A stretch of 64,000 bases of DNA from a virus (Duplodnaviria; Caudoviricetes). Location: the IMG/VR virus record IMGVR_UViG_3300010397_000048, positions 730 to 64,729 of that record; one strand, 5' to 3'. Each line of letters starts with the position of its first letter. Within the stretch, counting starts at the first letter, position 1. This document shows, piece by piece, positions 25,600-36,692 of the stretch. Under the pieces are notes generated by a model. The model was not told the origin of the DNA and did no database searches. It was given only the letters and a program-made list of their open reading frames with translations. The position numbers and the translations under genes are program-made.

Positions 25600-27621
25600 G
25601 TGAGTGAAATCCGCGAATGGCTAGAGAGACTTTATGGTCAGTCTCCTGGTTTCTTTGGTATTACAGCCTTTGCGGGTGGCCGACCTAGAAGAACTCAATG
25701 GTTTGCAACTAGCGCGCTTGACGCCGCTGAAAAAGTAATTGTAAAATACGCAGATAAAGCAGACCTTTATCTTTCAGTTGGCACCCATTCCGAACCTCAA
25801 CCAACTCGCGGTGGCGAGTCCACAATTATTTCGATTCCTGGACTATGGTCTGATTTAGATATCGGAGAGGTTGGGCATAAGCCCGCTTCTCTTCCAAATC
25901 CGCCAAACGAAGATGATGCATTGTCCATTGTAGCTGGACTTCCTGAAGCATCAATGCTCATGCATTCTGGTGGAGGATTACAGGCATTCTGGATTTTTGA
26001 AAATGGTCCGTGGGTCTTTTCCGATGCCGAAGATAAAGCTAAGGCAAAGAAAGCTATTCAAGAGTGGGCAAATCTCCTTGAAGAAAAAGGAAAAGAACTC
26101 GGATTCCATGTTGATAAGGTTGCTGATCTAGCTCGAATTCTTCGAGTACCTGGAAGTGTTAATCACAAAGAAGGTCTAAAAAGACCTGTCCAAATTAGAT
26201 GGTCAGATAAACCAGGACACGATGTTGACGAGTTAACAGCATTCGGAATCCCTGACAGTCACCAGTATGAATCAGATCCAAAACCAGTAGAGGACAATTT
26301 TCCTCTAAGCTGGAATGAAATTCTTGCGCCACACGGCTATATTCAATGTGATGATAACAAATGGGCCAGACCAGGAAAGGATTGCTCGGAAGGAATTTCG
26401 TTATCTATTGCGGATTTTTCTCCCTTTGTAATTACCAATTGGTCTGAATCAGATGACAACTTGCCGGTAGGTAGAGGCACTAAGCTAACTAAATTACGAC
26501 TCTATGCTCTTTTGAATCACGATGGAAACATCGAAAAGGCTAAGAAGTCTCTACCGAATCGGAAGATCAAACTTACACCAGCGTCCACAATTACTATGAA
26601 ACCTGTTCGCTGGATTTGGAAAGATAGAATTGCAGAAGGTACGCTTGCTTTACTTGCTGGTCGTGAAGGAATTGGTAAATCAACTCTGGCATATACCCTA
26701 GTAGCACAGATTACTAAAGGACAATTAGAGGGAGACCATTACGGTAAGCCTCGCGGAGTAATCATTGTAGCTACTGAGGATTCTTGGGAATTTACTATTG
26801 TTCCTAGATTAGTAGCTGCTAATGCCAATTTGGACAAGGTATTTCGAGCTGATCCTGTCGACGAAGATGAATATGGAATTAGCCTGCCGCGCGATGTTGA
26901 CGAATTGAGTATGATTGCTAAAGAAAATGGGATCGGTTTCATTCTTCTAGATCCGCTGATGTCTAGGGTTGATTCCAAATTGGACTCACATAAAGATCAT
27001 GATGTGAGAAAGGCTTTGGAGCCATTAGTAAAGATGGCTATTGCATCGCAAGCTGCGGTACTGGGATTGATCCACGTAAATAAGTCAGGATCAACTGATC
27101 CATTGTCGACACTCATGGGATCACGTGCATTCTCTGCGGTTGCTCGTGCTGTACTTTATGTAGCAGAAAATCCAGAAAACCGAGAAGAAAAGGTAATGAG
27201 TCAAGCCAAGAATAACTTGGGTAGGTCCGATTTGCCGGAGCTTGCATATACGCTGACCCAAGTCACAGTTGGCATGTTTGGTGACGAGATTATTACCTCT
27301 GTCGCTCTACAGTGGGCAGGAGAAAAAGATGTTGGAACTGTTCGCAATTACATTTCTTCTAAAGGATCTACTACTAAAACTCAGGCAGAAATTGCTGAGG
27401 AATTTCTAACAGATCAATTAGCAGATGGTCCTGTACCGTCACAGCGAGTAAAAGATAAGGCTAAAGAACAAGGAATTTCAGAAGCAACTCTAAAACGAAA
27501 GTTTAGTGATATGGGCGGTATTGCAAAGAGACAGGGACATGGAAAATCCATGATGTCTACTTGGGAATTTCCTACTCCGGAAAGTAATTTCGAAGATTAT
27601 CTAGGAATGGTTAATGCTTAA
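25600..27621 (+). CDS. primase-helicase (RepB-like primase + AAA_25/RepA-type helicase)
   Basis: WSDLD, HSGGGLQAFW, RILRVPGSVNHK; Walker A AGREGIGKS, LLDP, IHVNK. Confidence 0.88.
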   Translation: MSEIREWLERLYGQSPGFFGITAFAGGRPRRTQWFATSALDAAEKVIVKYADKADLYLSVGTHSEPQPTRGGESTIISIPGLWSDLDIGEVGHKPASLPNPPNEDDALSIVAGLPEASMLMHSGGGLQAFWIFENGPWVFSDAEDKAKAKKAIQEWANLLEEKGKELGFHVDKVADLARILRVPGSVNHKEGLKRPVQIRWSDKPGHDVDELTAFGIPDSHQYESDPKPVEDNFPLSWNEILAPHGYIQCDDNKWARPGKDCSEGISLSIADFSPFVITNWSESDDNLPVGRGTKLTKLRLYALLNHDGNIEKAKKSLPNRKIKLTPASTITMKPVRWIWKDRIAEGTLALLAGREGIGKSTLAYTLVAQITKGQLEGDHYGKPRGVIIVATEDSWEFTIVPRLVAANANLDKVFRADPVDEDEYGISLPRDVDELSMIAKENGIGFILLDPLMSRVDSKLDSHKDHDVRKALEPLVKMAIASQAAVLGLIHVNKSGSTDPLSTLMGSRAFSAVARAVLYVAENPENREEKVMSQAKNNLGRSDLPELAYTLTQVTVGMFGDEIITSVALQWAGEKDVGTVRNYISSKGSTTKTQAEIAEEFLTDQLADGPVPSQRVKDKAKEQGISEATLKRKFSDMGGIAKRQGHGKSMMSTWEFPTPESNFEDYLGMVNA

Positions 27622-27922
27622 TATTGAAATGAAAGATTGGCGTGGGACTCCCATTCAGCTGGGATCAATTGTTGTTTACCCAGGAAGAAAAGGTAGTCAT
27701 CAATGGATGGTTGAAGCAGAAGTAATCGAAATATTTCAAGACTGGCAATGGGGAGAATTTAAATGGGCACTTCGTGTTCAGCCATTGCGACAAGGAACCT
27801 ACGGCCGGACCAATAAAAAACCAGTAAAAATCACAGCACTTGAAAGAGTGACTGTTGTTGATAATCCGGATCAATTAGCAAAGGTTGGGTGGCCTGACGA
27901 TGCCGTATCCGAGCGACATTAA
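27614..27922 (+). CDS. hypothetical protein
   Basis: DWRGTPIQLG..V motif of small phage SH3-like proteins. Confidence 0.6.
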   Translation: MLNIEMKDWRGTPIQLGSIVVYPGRKGSHQWMVEAEVIEIFQDWQWGEFKWALRVQPLRQGTYGRTNKKPVKITALERVTVVDNPDQLAKVGWPDDAVSERH

Positions 27923-28070
27923 TGATTCATGGGATCATTTCTATGATGATGAGGAACACGAAGATTCTTATGACGATGATGGTGACCAATTATTATTCGA
28001 AGAAGATGGTCAATTCTATTTGACTAATGACGATGACTATTGGGACGCAGAAGATAACACTTGGGATTAG
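27900..28070 (+). CDS. highly acidic small protein
   Basis: 56 aa, 23 D/E, no K/R. Confidence 0.55.
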   Translation: MPYPSDINDSWDHFYDDEEHEDSYDDDGDQLLFEEDGQFYLTNDDDYWDAEDNTWD

Positions 28071-28077
28071 GAGTTAA

Positions 28078-29916
28078 ATGATCACTTATTCACATCCGTT
28101 AGGCACTGTTTATGTTCCATTACCTGATGATGATCTAAGTGAAGCCTACCAACTCTATAGGAATACTGATGTATTCTGGGCAGCGGACACGGAAACTACT
28201 GGACTTAATCAATATGCCAAGGATTTCCGTATCCGTATTGTCCAAGTAGGAACCAAAGATAAGGCGTGGATTCTTAGACCTGAATGGCACATGCAAGCCA
28301 TTAACGATTTAACTGGTCAGGATGGTCGGCCGGTTTGGTGGCATAACTGGGTTTATGACGCACTCGCTATGGAAACATCTTTAGGACTCGATTTCGATAA
28401 CACATTTACGGGTGCACAGGATACTGAAACTGCATTCAGACTTATCGATCCACGTCCCATTATGAAAGGCGGCTCTGGACATAAGCTAGAACAGCTTGGT
28501 ACAGAGTATGTATATCCTGGTTCTAAAAAAGATGCTCGTGGAATGATCTTAGAGGAAGGTAAGCGTCTCTTTGGTCGAGCATTCAATAAGGACAATATGT
28601 GGACAATGATACCTGTCGATAATGCAGCATACAATATCTATGCCGGACAGGATGTTTTCCTCACCGCACGATTAGCGGAAGTAGGAACACATAAAATGAG
28701 GGAACTCAATTTAGAGCGTTTCTACAATTACGAAAGACCGCTTGGGTGGAGACTTGCCCAGATGCAAAGAGACGGAATTCTCTTTGACGACGAATGGGCT
28801 GCGCGCGTGGAAGCCGAGTACGACGAGATCGCAGACAAGTACGAAAAAGAACTTAGTGTAAAATGGAAGATCGCAAAGGGTAAGACTGCTAAGTCTTATG
28901 CTAATGCGGCAGCTTCTCTTATTCAGGTATTTGAATCCTTTGATGTTAAATGGACTAAGTTCTCTGATAAAACTAATCGTCCATCTTTAGATAAGTCAGT
29001 TATTAAGGAGTTAATGAATCTTGGACAGAATAAAGAGATTCAAGGATTGGCTACAGCGGTATTCGAAGCAAAAAGAAATAAGCACTATGCTGACTACATT
29101 CGGGGAATGCGAGCTGAACTCGGAACAGATGGACGAATTCATCCAAATATTCGACCTATGCAAGCAGCAACCCATAGGATGTCGATTTCAAATCCTCCTA
29201 TTCAGCAGTTCCCACGGGATGACCCACGAGTGCGAGGAACACTTATTGCTGACGATGGCGAAGTTATTATTACCGCTGACTATGCACAGGTGGAATTCCG
29301 CGTGGGCGCAGCAGTCTCGCAAGATCCGGTCCTAATTGGAAAGATCAAGAACGGTGAAGACTTACATGAAGTTACCGCGACTGCTCTATTTGGAGCGAAT
29401 TTTAATAAGGGGCAACGTCAGGCCGCAAAGCCCATCGGATTCGGCCGCCTTTATCTTGGTGGTGCCAAAGGTATTTATACCCAGATGGCTGAATCGGATA
29501 CTACTGGCTACATGCCCAGCATGGCGCAAGTAACTAAAGCAATCAGAGCATTCGACAACCAGTATAGAACTTACTATCGATGGGCAACTGGACTAAAGGA
29601 TAATGTTGAAAAGACAGGTGGAATCCTTTATACGGCAACTGGAAGACGGCTTATTGTCTCACCTTCCTATGCCGCTCCGAATTATGCTATTCAGTCGGTT
29701 GCACGAGATCTGTTTGCAGCGGGCATTAATAAGGCTCACCAAAGAGGACTCGGTCAATACATCCGATTGGTGGTGCACGACGAAATTGTTGCATCTGTCC
29801 CCGAGAACGAAGCCAGCGAAATCGGAGCAGCAATCGCCGAATGCATGACTACAGAATTCAAAGGTGTGCCCATTGATGTGGAATGGGAAATCAAAGGGAA
29901 GCGATGGACTAAGTGA
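28078..29916 (+). CDS. polA: DNA polymerase I (family A) with 3'-5' exonuclease
   Basis: ADTETTG exo I; DYAQVEFR motif A; RQAAKPIGFGRLY motif B; VHDE motif C. Confidence 0.95.
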   Translation: MITYSHPLGTVYVPLPDDDLSEAYQLYRNTDVFWAADTETTGLNQYAKDFRIRIVQVGTKDKAWILRPEWHMQAINDLTGQDGRPVWWHNWVYDALAMETSLGLDFDNTFTGAQDTETAFRLIDPRPIMKGGSGHKLEQLGTEYVYPGSKKDARGMILEEGKRLFGRAFNKDNMWTMIPVDNAAYNIYAGQDVFLTARLAEVGTHKMRELNLERFYNYERPLGWRLAQMQRDGILFDDEWAARVEAEYDEIADKYEKELSVKWKIAKGKTAKSYANAAASLIQVFESFDVKWTKFSDKTNRPSLDKSVIKELMNLGQNKEIQGLATAVFEAKRNKHYADYIRGMRAELGTDGRIHPNIRPMQAATHRMSISNPPIQQFPRDDPRVRGTLIADDGEVIITADYAQVEFRVGAAVSQDPVLIGKIKNGEDLHEVTATALFGANFNKGQRQAAKPIGFGRLYLGGAKGIYTQMAESDTTGYMPSMAQVTKAIRAFDNQYRTYYRWATGLKDNVEKTGGILYTATGRRLIVSPSYAAPNYAIQSVARDLFAAGINKAHQRGLGQYIRLVVHDEIVASVPENEASEIGAAIAECMTTEFKGVPIDVEWEIKGKRWTK

Positions 29917-30177
29917 TTAAAGTACAGATCCAAGTTACAGTGAACAGTATGGAATTTTCTTACGACGTAGAGCAACTTAATATTCCCAGAGACGATAATA
30001 CGGTCTTATACGAAAAGGCTCAGAGTTTGTTATCTGATGCTAATAGTAAGGTACGTAGAGCTTTGGAGAGTCAGAAATGAACTTCATCGATAGAAAAGGC
30101 CAAGAAGAAGCCCCTAAAACTCAACGACCAGAACGACCTTCTAAACCACCTGAAGCCCCGCCAGTAAGTGGAGGTAA

Positions 30178-30456
30178 GTGCAAATGAATCAAGGAATTGT
30201 CAATGAGGTAATGGATATTATTGCTAATGGCTATGGTTCCATGCCGACAGGTATTGATCGAGCAGTGGCATTGAATGTTGTGAATTACTTCTATCGAAAA
30301 GGGTGGCGTGGGCCGGAAGATATTGCCGAGTTAATCAAAAATGCTAAAGTTAATCCCGATGCTGAAGTCAGAGTAGTAAATAGCGGGCCTATTGATATGA
30401 AATATGTAAGAGGTGCAGAGGAGCGCATCAATGCTAATCCCGGTCCTCACTCCTGA
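30178..30456 (+). CDS. hypothetical protein
   Basis: GGAGG RBS. Confidence 0.55.
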   Translation: MQMNQGIVNEVMDIIANGYGSMPTGIDRAVALNVVNYFYRKGWRGPEDIAELIKNAKVNPDAEVRVVNSGPIDMKYVRGAEERINANPGPHS

Positions 30457-30691
30457 TATTCAAGTAAATATCGAAGAGGAATTAAGAGACGATGAACATG
30501 CACACGCTATCCCTTTTTGTGCTGAACATCATCACCCAGAGTTTATGCCTGTATCAGGTACCATTGTTCAGGCAATGTGCAAACAGCTATTTAGATTTAA
30601 TAGACTTTCAACCGACACTCCAAAATGTACTCAATGTTCTGAACCAATGGATTCCAACTGCTACGTATGTGGCAAGGAATTATACGGATGA
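30413..30691 (+). CDS. Cys/His-rich hypothetical protein
   Basis: AMC...CTQC...CYVC. Confidence 0.5.
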   Translation: MQRSASMLIPVLTPDIQVNIEEELRDDEHAHAIPFCAEHHHPEFMPVSGTIVQAMCKQLFRFNRLSTDTPKCTQCSEPMDSNCYVCGKELYG

Positions 30692-30981
30692 GATTTACGG
30701 AAGGCAGGGCATGGCTTTCGCGATGTCCTGTCTCCCATTGTGAAGAACCTGTTATTGAAGCTCACGTATATGGTCTAATTCTCCGCCTAGATACTAAAGC
30801 CGTACCGGCTGATGATGCTTCAATTCTAAATAAATATCGAGAGATCGTGATCAATGTGTGGAAAGGGCCTACTCAATTGTGGGCTACCGCATGGTTCCGA
30901 GATCAAGGGAAACCAGACAAGGGACATTTGTACATTCAACATGTTCACGGTCGCAAGAAATATAAGGAGATAAATGAGTAA
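30667..30981 (+). CDS. hypothetical protein
   Basis: ORF in operon. Confidence 0.5.
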   Translation: MWQGIIRMRFTEGRAWLSRCPVSHCEEPVIEAHVYGLILRLDTKAVPADDASILNKYREIVINVWKGPTQLWATAWFRDQGKPDKGHLYIQHVHGRKKYKEINE

Positions 30982-31750
30982 TAAAACTAATGCGGTAGTC
31001 ATTCTTCCGGATTGGCAAGTACCATTACATCGAGAAGATATCATTAAACGTGTAGCTGATTTTGTTGGGGACTTTCAGCCAATTCGATTAGGCCATGTAG
31101 GCGATATGACAGATTCAACTCAGATCGGCCGATGGGCACAAGGTCTGAGACAAGAATTCGATGGAGGATTAGAAGGTGGTTTCGAAAAGACCCGAGAACT
31201 CTTGGAATATTACCGTACAAAATACGATGGTCCGTGGGATCTCGTCAGATCCAATCATGATGAAAGATTGGAATTGGCGATCGAGAAACGGTTACCTGGC
31301 ATTGCTGGACTTACTATCCAAGGTTATAAATTCAATATCCAAAACGCTCTTAGACTTGATCAATTCGGAATCGAGTGGCATGAATCTCCTGTATCGATTG
31401 CTCCTAATTGGATTATGGCGCATGGCGACGAGGGTAGAGTTTCTCAAGTCCCAGGAGCAACAGCGCTTAACCTCGCGAATGAAATTCATCAATCAGTCGT
31501 CTGTGGACATACACATAGAGCAGCCCTTGTCTGGTCCTCAAAGGGACTATCTGATAAGAGAGAAGCTTTTGCGGGACTCGAAGTTGGGCACATGATGGAT
31601 ATTCCAGCGGCCGAATACTTAGGTCGCGCTAGACTTAATAATTGGGGAACGGCATTTGGCATTCTGTGGTTGAATGGTGATGAGGTGTTTCCTGAATTAG
31701 TGCCCATCAATCCTGATGGACATTTTATGGTAAATGGTGAGAGGTACTAA
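30974..31750 (+). CDS. calcineurin-like metallophosphoesterase
   Basis: PDWQ, GDMTD, SNHD, AHGD, GHTH. Confidence 0.88.
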   Translation: MSNKTNAVVILPDWQVPLHREDIIKRVADFVGDFQPIRLGHVGDMTDSTQIGRWAQGLRQEFDGGLEGGFEKTRELLEYYRTKYDGPWDLVRSNHDERLELAIEKRLPGIAGLTIQGYKFNIQNALRLDQFGIEWHESPVSIAPNWIMAHGDEGRVSQVPGATALNLANEIHQSVVCGHTHRAALVWSSKGLSDKREAFAGLEVGHMMDIPAAEYLGRARLNNWGTAFGILWLNGDEVFPELVPINPDGHFMVNGERY

Positions 31751-32077
31751 TGTCACGAGTTATCGTCTATGCAATGGAGTTCCCAGCGACAAGCGAACCA
31801 TATGTCATTGAAATGGATAAAGAAGCAGCGATAGAGTTATTGAAATTCCTGATGAAAACTCCAAAGCATAACAAAGAAATCGCTAGGTTAACTAAACAAT
31901 TAAAGAGGGTATTAGCACAGTGAGGCTGCTATTTACTATAGGTAGATTGACTATTTTCGATTTTCATCTATTCGAAATTGATGACTCCACAGAGGAGTCT
32001 CCAGATGTAATTGTTGTTCACCATCATGAAGGTGAAGACGAAGGTGAAGACCCCGGTGATATCTTTGGTAAAGGGAA

Positions 32078-32311
32078 ATGATGGAAGATCCAAGATTAGA
32101 AATTAAAGGATTAAAAGAAAAGCTCGGAGTAACTGATGAGCAACTTGACAATCTTAGAGAATTGAAAGTTGCCACTCAAACCAGAGAAGCCTTTATGATG
32201 TTTAATATCTGGAAACGCGGCGGCAACATTCATGGAGTAAACGAAACTGCGACTCAGAAACGTAGAGCTAAGAATAAGGCAGCAAGAAAGGCTAGACGTG
32301 GAAATCGGTAA
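32078..32311 (+). CDS. hypothetical protein
   Basis: C-terminal KRRAKNKAARKARR typical of small actinophage proteins. Confidence 0.6.
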   Translation: MMEDPRLEIKGLKEKLGVTDEQLDNLRELKVATQTREAFMMFNIWKRGGNIHGVNETATQKRRAKNKAARKARRGNR

Positions 32312-32506
32312 AGGACAATGGAGGATGGATATTAAGCGTAAAGAATCTCCAAGCAGTATTACTCTGACAGTTAACGGTATTGAGAATCCAAGAACTGTTG
32401 TGCTTCAGAAGGGTGATACACTACATTTAGTCTTGCCACCTGTTACTGCACAAATTGGCAATCAATCCTTTACTATCGATGTCTCTCCTATCGAGGTGAC
32501 CTACGA

Positions 32507-33217
32507 GTGAGTGAAAGACTCAATTTCACTAGTGAAATGAAGGTAGAGTACATCGATCACCTTGGATCTGATCTGGAAATCGCGAGAGCTGCTTGGGTAT
32601 CCACAATGGGTGAAAGAGCAGAAGAAGGAGATCCGGCACGGGTAAAGGGATTAGTTAATATGCTCATGCGTGACCGGCACGGTAGTCCATTTGAACAAGG
32701 ATTAATGCGTTTCAGAGTCACTGCCCCGATCGTGGTGTTTCGTGAGCATCATCGGCATAGAATTGCATCGTACAATGAAATGTCTGGTCGTTATACAGAA
32801 ATGAAACCTAATTTCTATGTACCTGATTTTACGCGGCCACTTATTCAGACTGGTAAGCCTGGTGCCTATATATTTGAGCCAGGAACTCCGGAACAATTCG
32901 GTGCAGTACAGCATTACTTTAAACTAAATTCTCAGATGTCATGGGATGCCTATAAAGAGATGCTAAATAATGGAATCGCAAAAGAAATATCTAGAATGGT
33001 ATTACCGCTAAATCTCATGTCAACTATGATTGTTGCTATGAATCCACGTGCATTGATGAATTTCCTAAGCCTGAGAGTTAAGGATTCCTCAGCGAGATTC
33101 CCTACTTTTCCTATGTGGGAAATCGATCAGGTCGCACGACAATATGAAATCTATTTCTCACAGGCATTTCCTTATGCTTGGGAGTCCTTTGTAAATAACG
33201 GAAGAGTTGCACCATGA
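32507..33217 (+). CDS. thyX: FAD-dependent thymidylate synthase
   Basis: HGSPFE, REHHRHRIASYNEMSGRY signature. Confidence 0.95.
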   Translation: MSERLNFTSEMKVEYIDHLGSDLEIARAAWVSTMGERAEEGDPARVKGLVNMLMRDRHGSPFEQGLMRFRVTAPIVVFREHHRHRIASYNEMSGRYTEMKPNFYVPDFTRPLIQTGKPGAYIFEPGTPEQFGAVQHYFKLNSQMSWDAYKEMLNNGIAKEISRMVLPLNLMSTMIVAMNPRALMNFLSLRVKDSSARFPTFPMWEIDQVARQYEIYFSQAFPYAWESFVNNGRVAP

Positions 33218-33403
33218 CAAAGAAAAAGAGAGCTAAAAACGAGCCTACTAAAGGGGATCTATTAGCTCAGAATTATAGAAATAGAGCAGCCATGAGAAGA
33301 GTATTTGAATCGAGTCTGTTTGCGAAGCACGATACACCAAGTGAACTAAGTCAATTACGATACTGGACTCCTCGCAACATGGATGCCTGGGAGGTGAATT
33401 ACA

Positions 33404-33589
33404 TTGGCACGTAAAGTGTCCTATGAAGCGGATAGTCCAAAAAAGGGAATGTCCTTAAAGGAATTATTAGATAATGTTAACGAAGCTGTTGGCCTAGCTA
33501 AGATTAACGAAAAACCATTAGAAGATTCTAAGGTAACTGTATTCGTTAACTTTGGCGGCGGTGTTAAGCAACTTATTGTGGAGGTATAA
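33404..33589 (+). CDS. hypothetical protein
   Basis: GGAGG RBS. Confidence 0.55.
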   Translation: MARKVSYEADSPKKGMSLKELLDNVNEAVGLAKINEKPLEDSKVTVFVNFGGGVKQLIVEV

Positions 33590-33801
33590 TGTTTCATCAG
33601 TTTTATGCCACTACTAAAGATAAAAAAGGGCATGAACACAATTATCGACTACCGGCCGGTGAAGCTGTACCTAGTGGACACGAAATAACTGACCTTTCAG
33701 TCGCTGGAAGATTCAAGTTTTCTGAAATCGTAGGCGATAAAATGGCAAAAGATCTGAAAGAGTTGTTTCCTGTAAAGAAGCGTGATCGTGCCAAGGCGTA
33801 A
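33589..33801 (+). CDS. hypothetical protein
   Basis: GGAGG RBS; TAATG coupling. Confidence 0.55.
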   Translation: MFHQFYATTKDKKGHEHNYRLPAGEAVPSGHEITDLSVAGRFKFSEIVGDKMAKDLKELFPVKKRDRAKA

Positions 33802-33842
33802 TAATCGGGATCGTCGTTACGAACCCAAGGAATATAATAACA

Positions 33843-34256
33843 ATGAGGGAAAATTTACTAATGACTCAAACATCCCTTCAGAAAAGGGAAAACCAGTACG
33901 AAGAAGAAAAGGTAAGTGGGACAAGAACATCTACAAAGAAAACGAATAAGCTTCTTGTAATTGGTGGCCCGGCTGAGGGTAAAATGTTAGAGGAAACTGA
34001 ATTCAGGTCTATGGTTTATGCACAAGTCAAACCTGTCTCTTGGCAATTGTGGCAAGAAGATATAATTGATGATCCTCAGGATTTGGGTTACATTTCACAT
34101 GTGTATAATGTACAAGAATTAGTGTTCCAAGATAATAAAGAAAGTAGACCTTATTTCAAAAAGATCTACCTACATTCTTCATTGACCATTGAAGCAGGAA
34201 TGGAGAGATTGAAAGCTTTCCTAGTTGAACAGTTCATTAAAATGGACCTCTCATGA
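33843..34256 (+). CDS. hypothetical protein
   Basis: LVIGGPAEG motif shared with ORF 20731. Confidence 0.55.
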   Translation: MRENLLMTQTSLQKRENQYEEEKVSGTRTSTKKTNKLLVIGGPAEGKMLEETEFRSMVYAQVKPVSWQLWQEDIIDDPQDLGYISHVYNVQELVFQDNKESRPYFKKIYLHSSLTIEAGMERLKAFLVEQFIKMDLS

Positions 34257-34573
34257 CTATCATTGATGAAAATGGTTGTCTAGTATTTGGTCCTAGGTCT
34301 AAGAGTTGTCCGTCATGGCCTGTTAGAGTAACAGGATTCCAGGGATTATGGAGATACGCTGGAATAGTTCCTGATTCTAATACTTACAATGATATCTTTG
34401 TAGAAGTTATTGGTCCATACTTCCCCGGCAATCCCTCTAGGAATGGTGGGAGATCAAGGATCTTCAATATAGATAAACTGAAATATGCAGGAAAAAACGC
34501 AAAGCCTGTTGATGTCATTAGTGTCGAGACACATGCAATCAGTCTTGACGCACAGCGCGCTCAACGCCGCTAA
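34253..34573 (+). CDS. hypothetical protein
   Basis: ATGA overlap. Confidence 0.55.
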   Translation: MTIIDENGCLVFGPRSKSCPSWPVRVTGFQGLWRYAGIVPDSNTYNDIFVEVIGPYFPGNPSRNGGRSRIFNIDKLKYAGKNAKPVDVISVETHAISLDAQRAQRR

Positions 34574-34590
34574 TTAAATATTGCTTACTT

Positions 34591-34629
34591 AATAAGGGAG
34601 CAAGGTCATTTCGATCTTGCTCCCTTATT
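34591..34629. terminator. strong hairpin upstream of RNR
   Basis: AATAAGGGAGCAAG...CTTGCTCCCTTATT. Confidence 0.6.
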
Positions 34630-34646
34630 GGCGTTGAAAGGAAATT

Positions 34647-36692
34647 ATGTCTTATCTTAGTTTCAATTTGACCGATTCCTTTGTGGACGGTTACAAAGAT
34701 CGGGAAGCTCCGTTTGGCTTCCGTGACGCTGGCGGAAATAGCCTCGGAGAAATCACATTTATCCGCACCTATTCGCGTACTAAAGAAGATGGCTCAAAAG
34801 AGCGATGGTGGGAAACTTGTCGTCGAGTAATCGAGGGAATGTATTCAATCCAAAAAGATTGGGCAAAGGAGCACGTACTTCCATGGAATGATCATAAGGC
34901 ACAGAAATCTGCTCAAGAAGCTTATGATCTTTTATTCAATATGAAATGGACTCCGCCCGGTCGCGGGTTATTTGCCATGGGGACTTATGTAGTGAACGGA
35001 CGTAAGGATTCTACAGCTTTACAGAATTGCGCGTTTATTTCTACGCATGACATGACCAAGGCAGATCCTAGCAATCCTTTTACGTTTTTGATGAATGTGT
35101 CAATGCTCGGTGTGGGAGTTGGCTACGACACTCGCGGCGCGGAGAAAGAATTTGTGATTTATTCTCCTGGCCAATCGCAGGATGAAGCTAAAACCATTAC
35201 GTATTACCAAATTCCTGATTCCCGTGAGGGTTGGGTAGAGTCATTGAAGATGAAATTAGAATCTTATCTAATGCCGCAGAAGCCAGAAGTGGTATTTGAT
35301 TATTCCCTGATTCGGCCCAAGGGTGCACCGATTGTCACATTCGGAGGAACTGCACCAGGGCCGGAACCATTGAAGAGACTCCATACAATGATTGACCGAA
35401 TTCTTGGTAACAGGGAGGGGGAAATTCTAAGTGATGTTGATATTGCTGACATTGCAAATCTCATTGGTGATTGCGTTGTTTCTGGCAATGTACGGCGCTC
35501 GGCCTTACTTGCTTACGGGCGAAAGGAATCTAAAAACTTCCTCAATCTCAAAAATCCAGAAGTATTCCCGGAACGAAATTCCTATGACCCTGAGAATCCT
35601 GGCTGGGCTTATATGTCTAATAACTCTATTCGTGCTTTTGTGGGTGATGACCTTAGTAGTATAATTCCAGGTATCGCACTAAATGGTGAGCCTGGTGTTA
35701 TTTGGGAAGATGTTGCCAAACAATATGGACGATTAGCTGATGCACCGGATAATAAAGATTGGCGATTTGCTGGATTTAATCCATGCGTGGAACAGCCATT
35801 AGAGTCTGGTGAAATGTGTACTCTGGTGAATGTACACTTATCTAAAATAATTGATGAAGCTGAACTGAAGAGAGTATTAAAATATGCCTACCTCTATGCC
35901 AAAACCGTCACATTACTTCCGACGGGTATTCCACGGACTAATGCCATTATGCAGAGAAACCGAAGAATCGGAATCTCTATGTCGGGAATTGCAAATTTCG
36001 CAGACAACAACGGAAGATCTGTCCTCCGTAATTGGATGGATTCGGGATATGGAATTATCAAAGAATATGACAAAATCTATTCAGAATGGCTTTGTGTACG
36101 CGAGTCCATTAAAGTCACTACTGTTAAACCTACGGGAACCACTTCGTTACTTGTCGGGGAAAGTCCTGGCGTTCATTGGAGTCCTGGAGGAAGTTACTTT
36201 AATAGAGCGGTAATCTTTGATAAGGATCACCCAGTTGTTTCTGTATTCCGAGATGCGGGATACACTGTGGAGACTTCGATAACTAGTCCCGATTCCAGTG
36301 TAGTTATTTACTTTCCCATTCACTCTGATGCTGCACGCTCAGAAAAGGATGTCACTATTTTTGAAAAAGCTTCACTAGCTGTTGAAGCTCAGAGATGGTG
36401 GAGTGATAATGGTGTATCTGTCACAGTGTCATTTGATGCTGAGAAAGAAGCCAATCATGTATCAACTATTCTCTCTATGTACGATGGGCAACTAAAGGCT
36501 ATCTCCTTCTTACCTATGGGAAATAAGGTATATCCTCAGCAGCCGTATACTAATATTAGCTCGATCGACTATACGAACTTAGAAAGTGCTCTGTCTAAAG
36601 TAAACATGAATCTTCTTTATGATGAATTGATCGTGGACGCGGATGGTGAGCAATACTGTACTAATGACGTGTGCGAGATTCCTAAGAAATAA
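34647..36692 (+). CDS. nrdJ: class II (B12-dependent) ribonucleotide reductase
   Basis: RTYSR, PPGRG, LQNCAF, GNVRRSA, NPCVEQ, TVKPTGT, C-terminal CTNDVC. Confidence 0.93.
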   Translation: MSYLSFNLTDSFVDGYKDREAPFGFRDAGGNSLGEITFIRTYSRTKEDGSKERWWETCRRVIEGMYSIQKDWAKEHVLPWNDHKAQKSAQEAYDLLFNMKWTPPGRGLFAMGTYVVNGRKDSTALQNCAFISTHDMTKADPSNPFTFLMNVSMLGVGVGYDTRGAEKEFVIYSPGQSQDEAKTITYYQIPDSREGWVESLKMKLESYLMPQKPEVVFDYSLIRPKGAPIVTFGGTAPGPEPLKRLHTMIDRILGNREGEILSDVDIADIANLIGDCVVSGNVRRSALLAYGRKESKNFLNLKNPEVFPERNSYDPENPGWAYMSNNSIRAFVGDDLSSIIPGIALNGEPGVIWEDVAKQYGRLADAPDNKDWRFAGFNPCVEQPLESGEMCTLVNVHLSKIIDEAELKRVLKYAYLYAKTVTLLPTGIPRTNAIMQRNRRIGISMSGIANFADNNGRSVLRNWMDSGYGIIKEYDKIYSEWLCVRESIKVTTVKPTGTTSLLVGESPGVHWSPGGSYFNRAVIFDKDHPVVSVFRDAGYTVETSITSPDSSVVIYFPIHSDAARSEKDVTIFEKASLAVEAQRWWSDNGVSVTVSFDAEKEANHVSTILSMYDGQLKAISFLPMGNKVYPQQPYTNISSIDYTNLESALSKVNMNLLYDELIVDADGEQYCTNDVCEIPKK

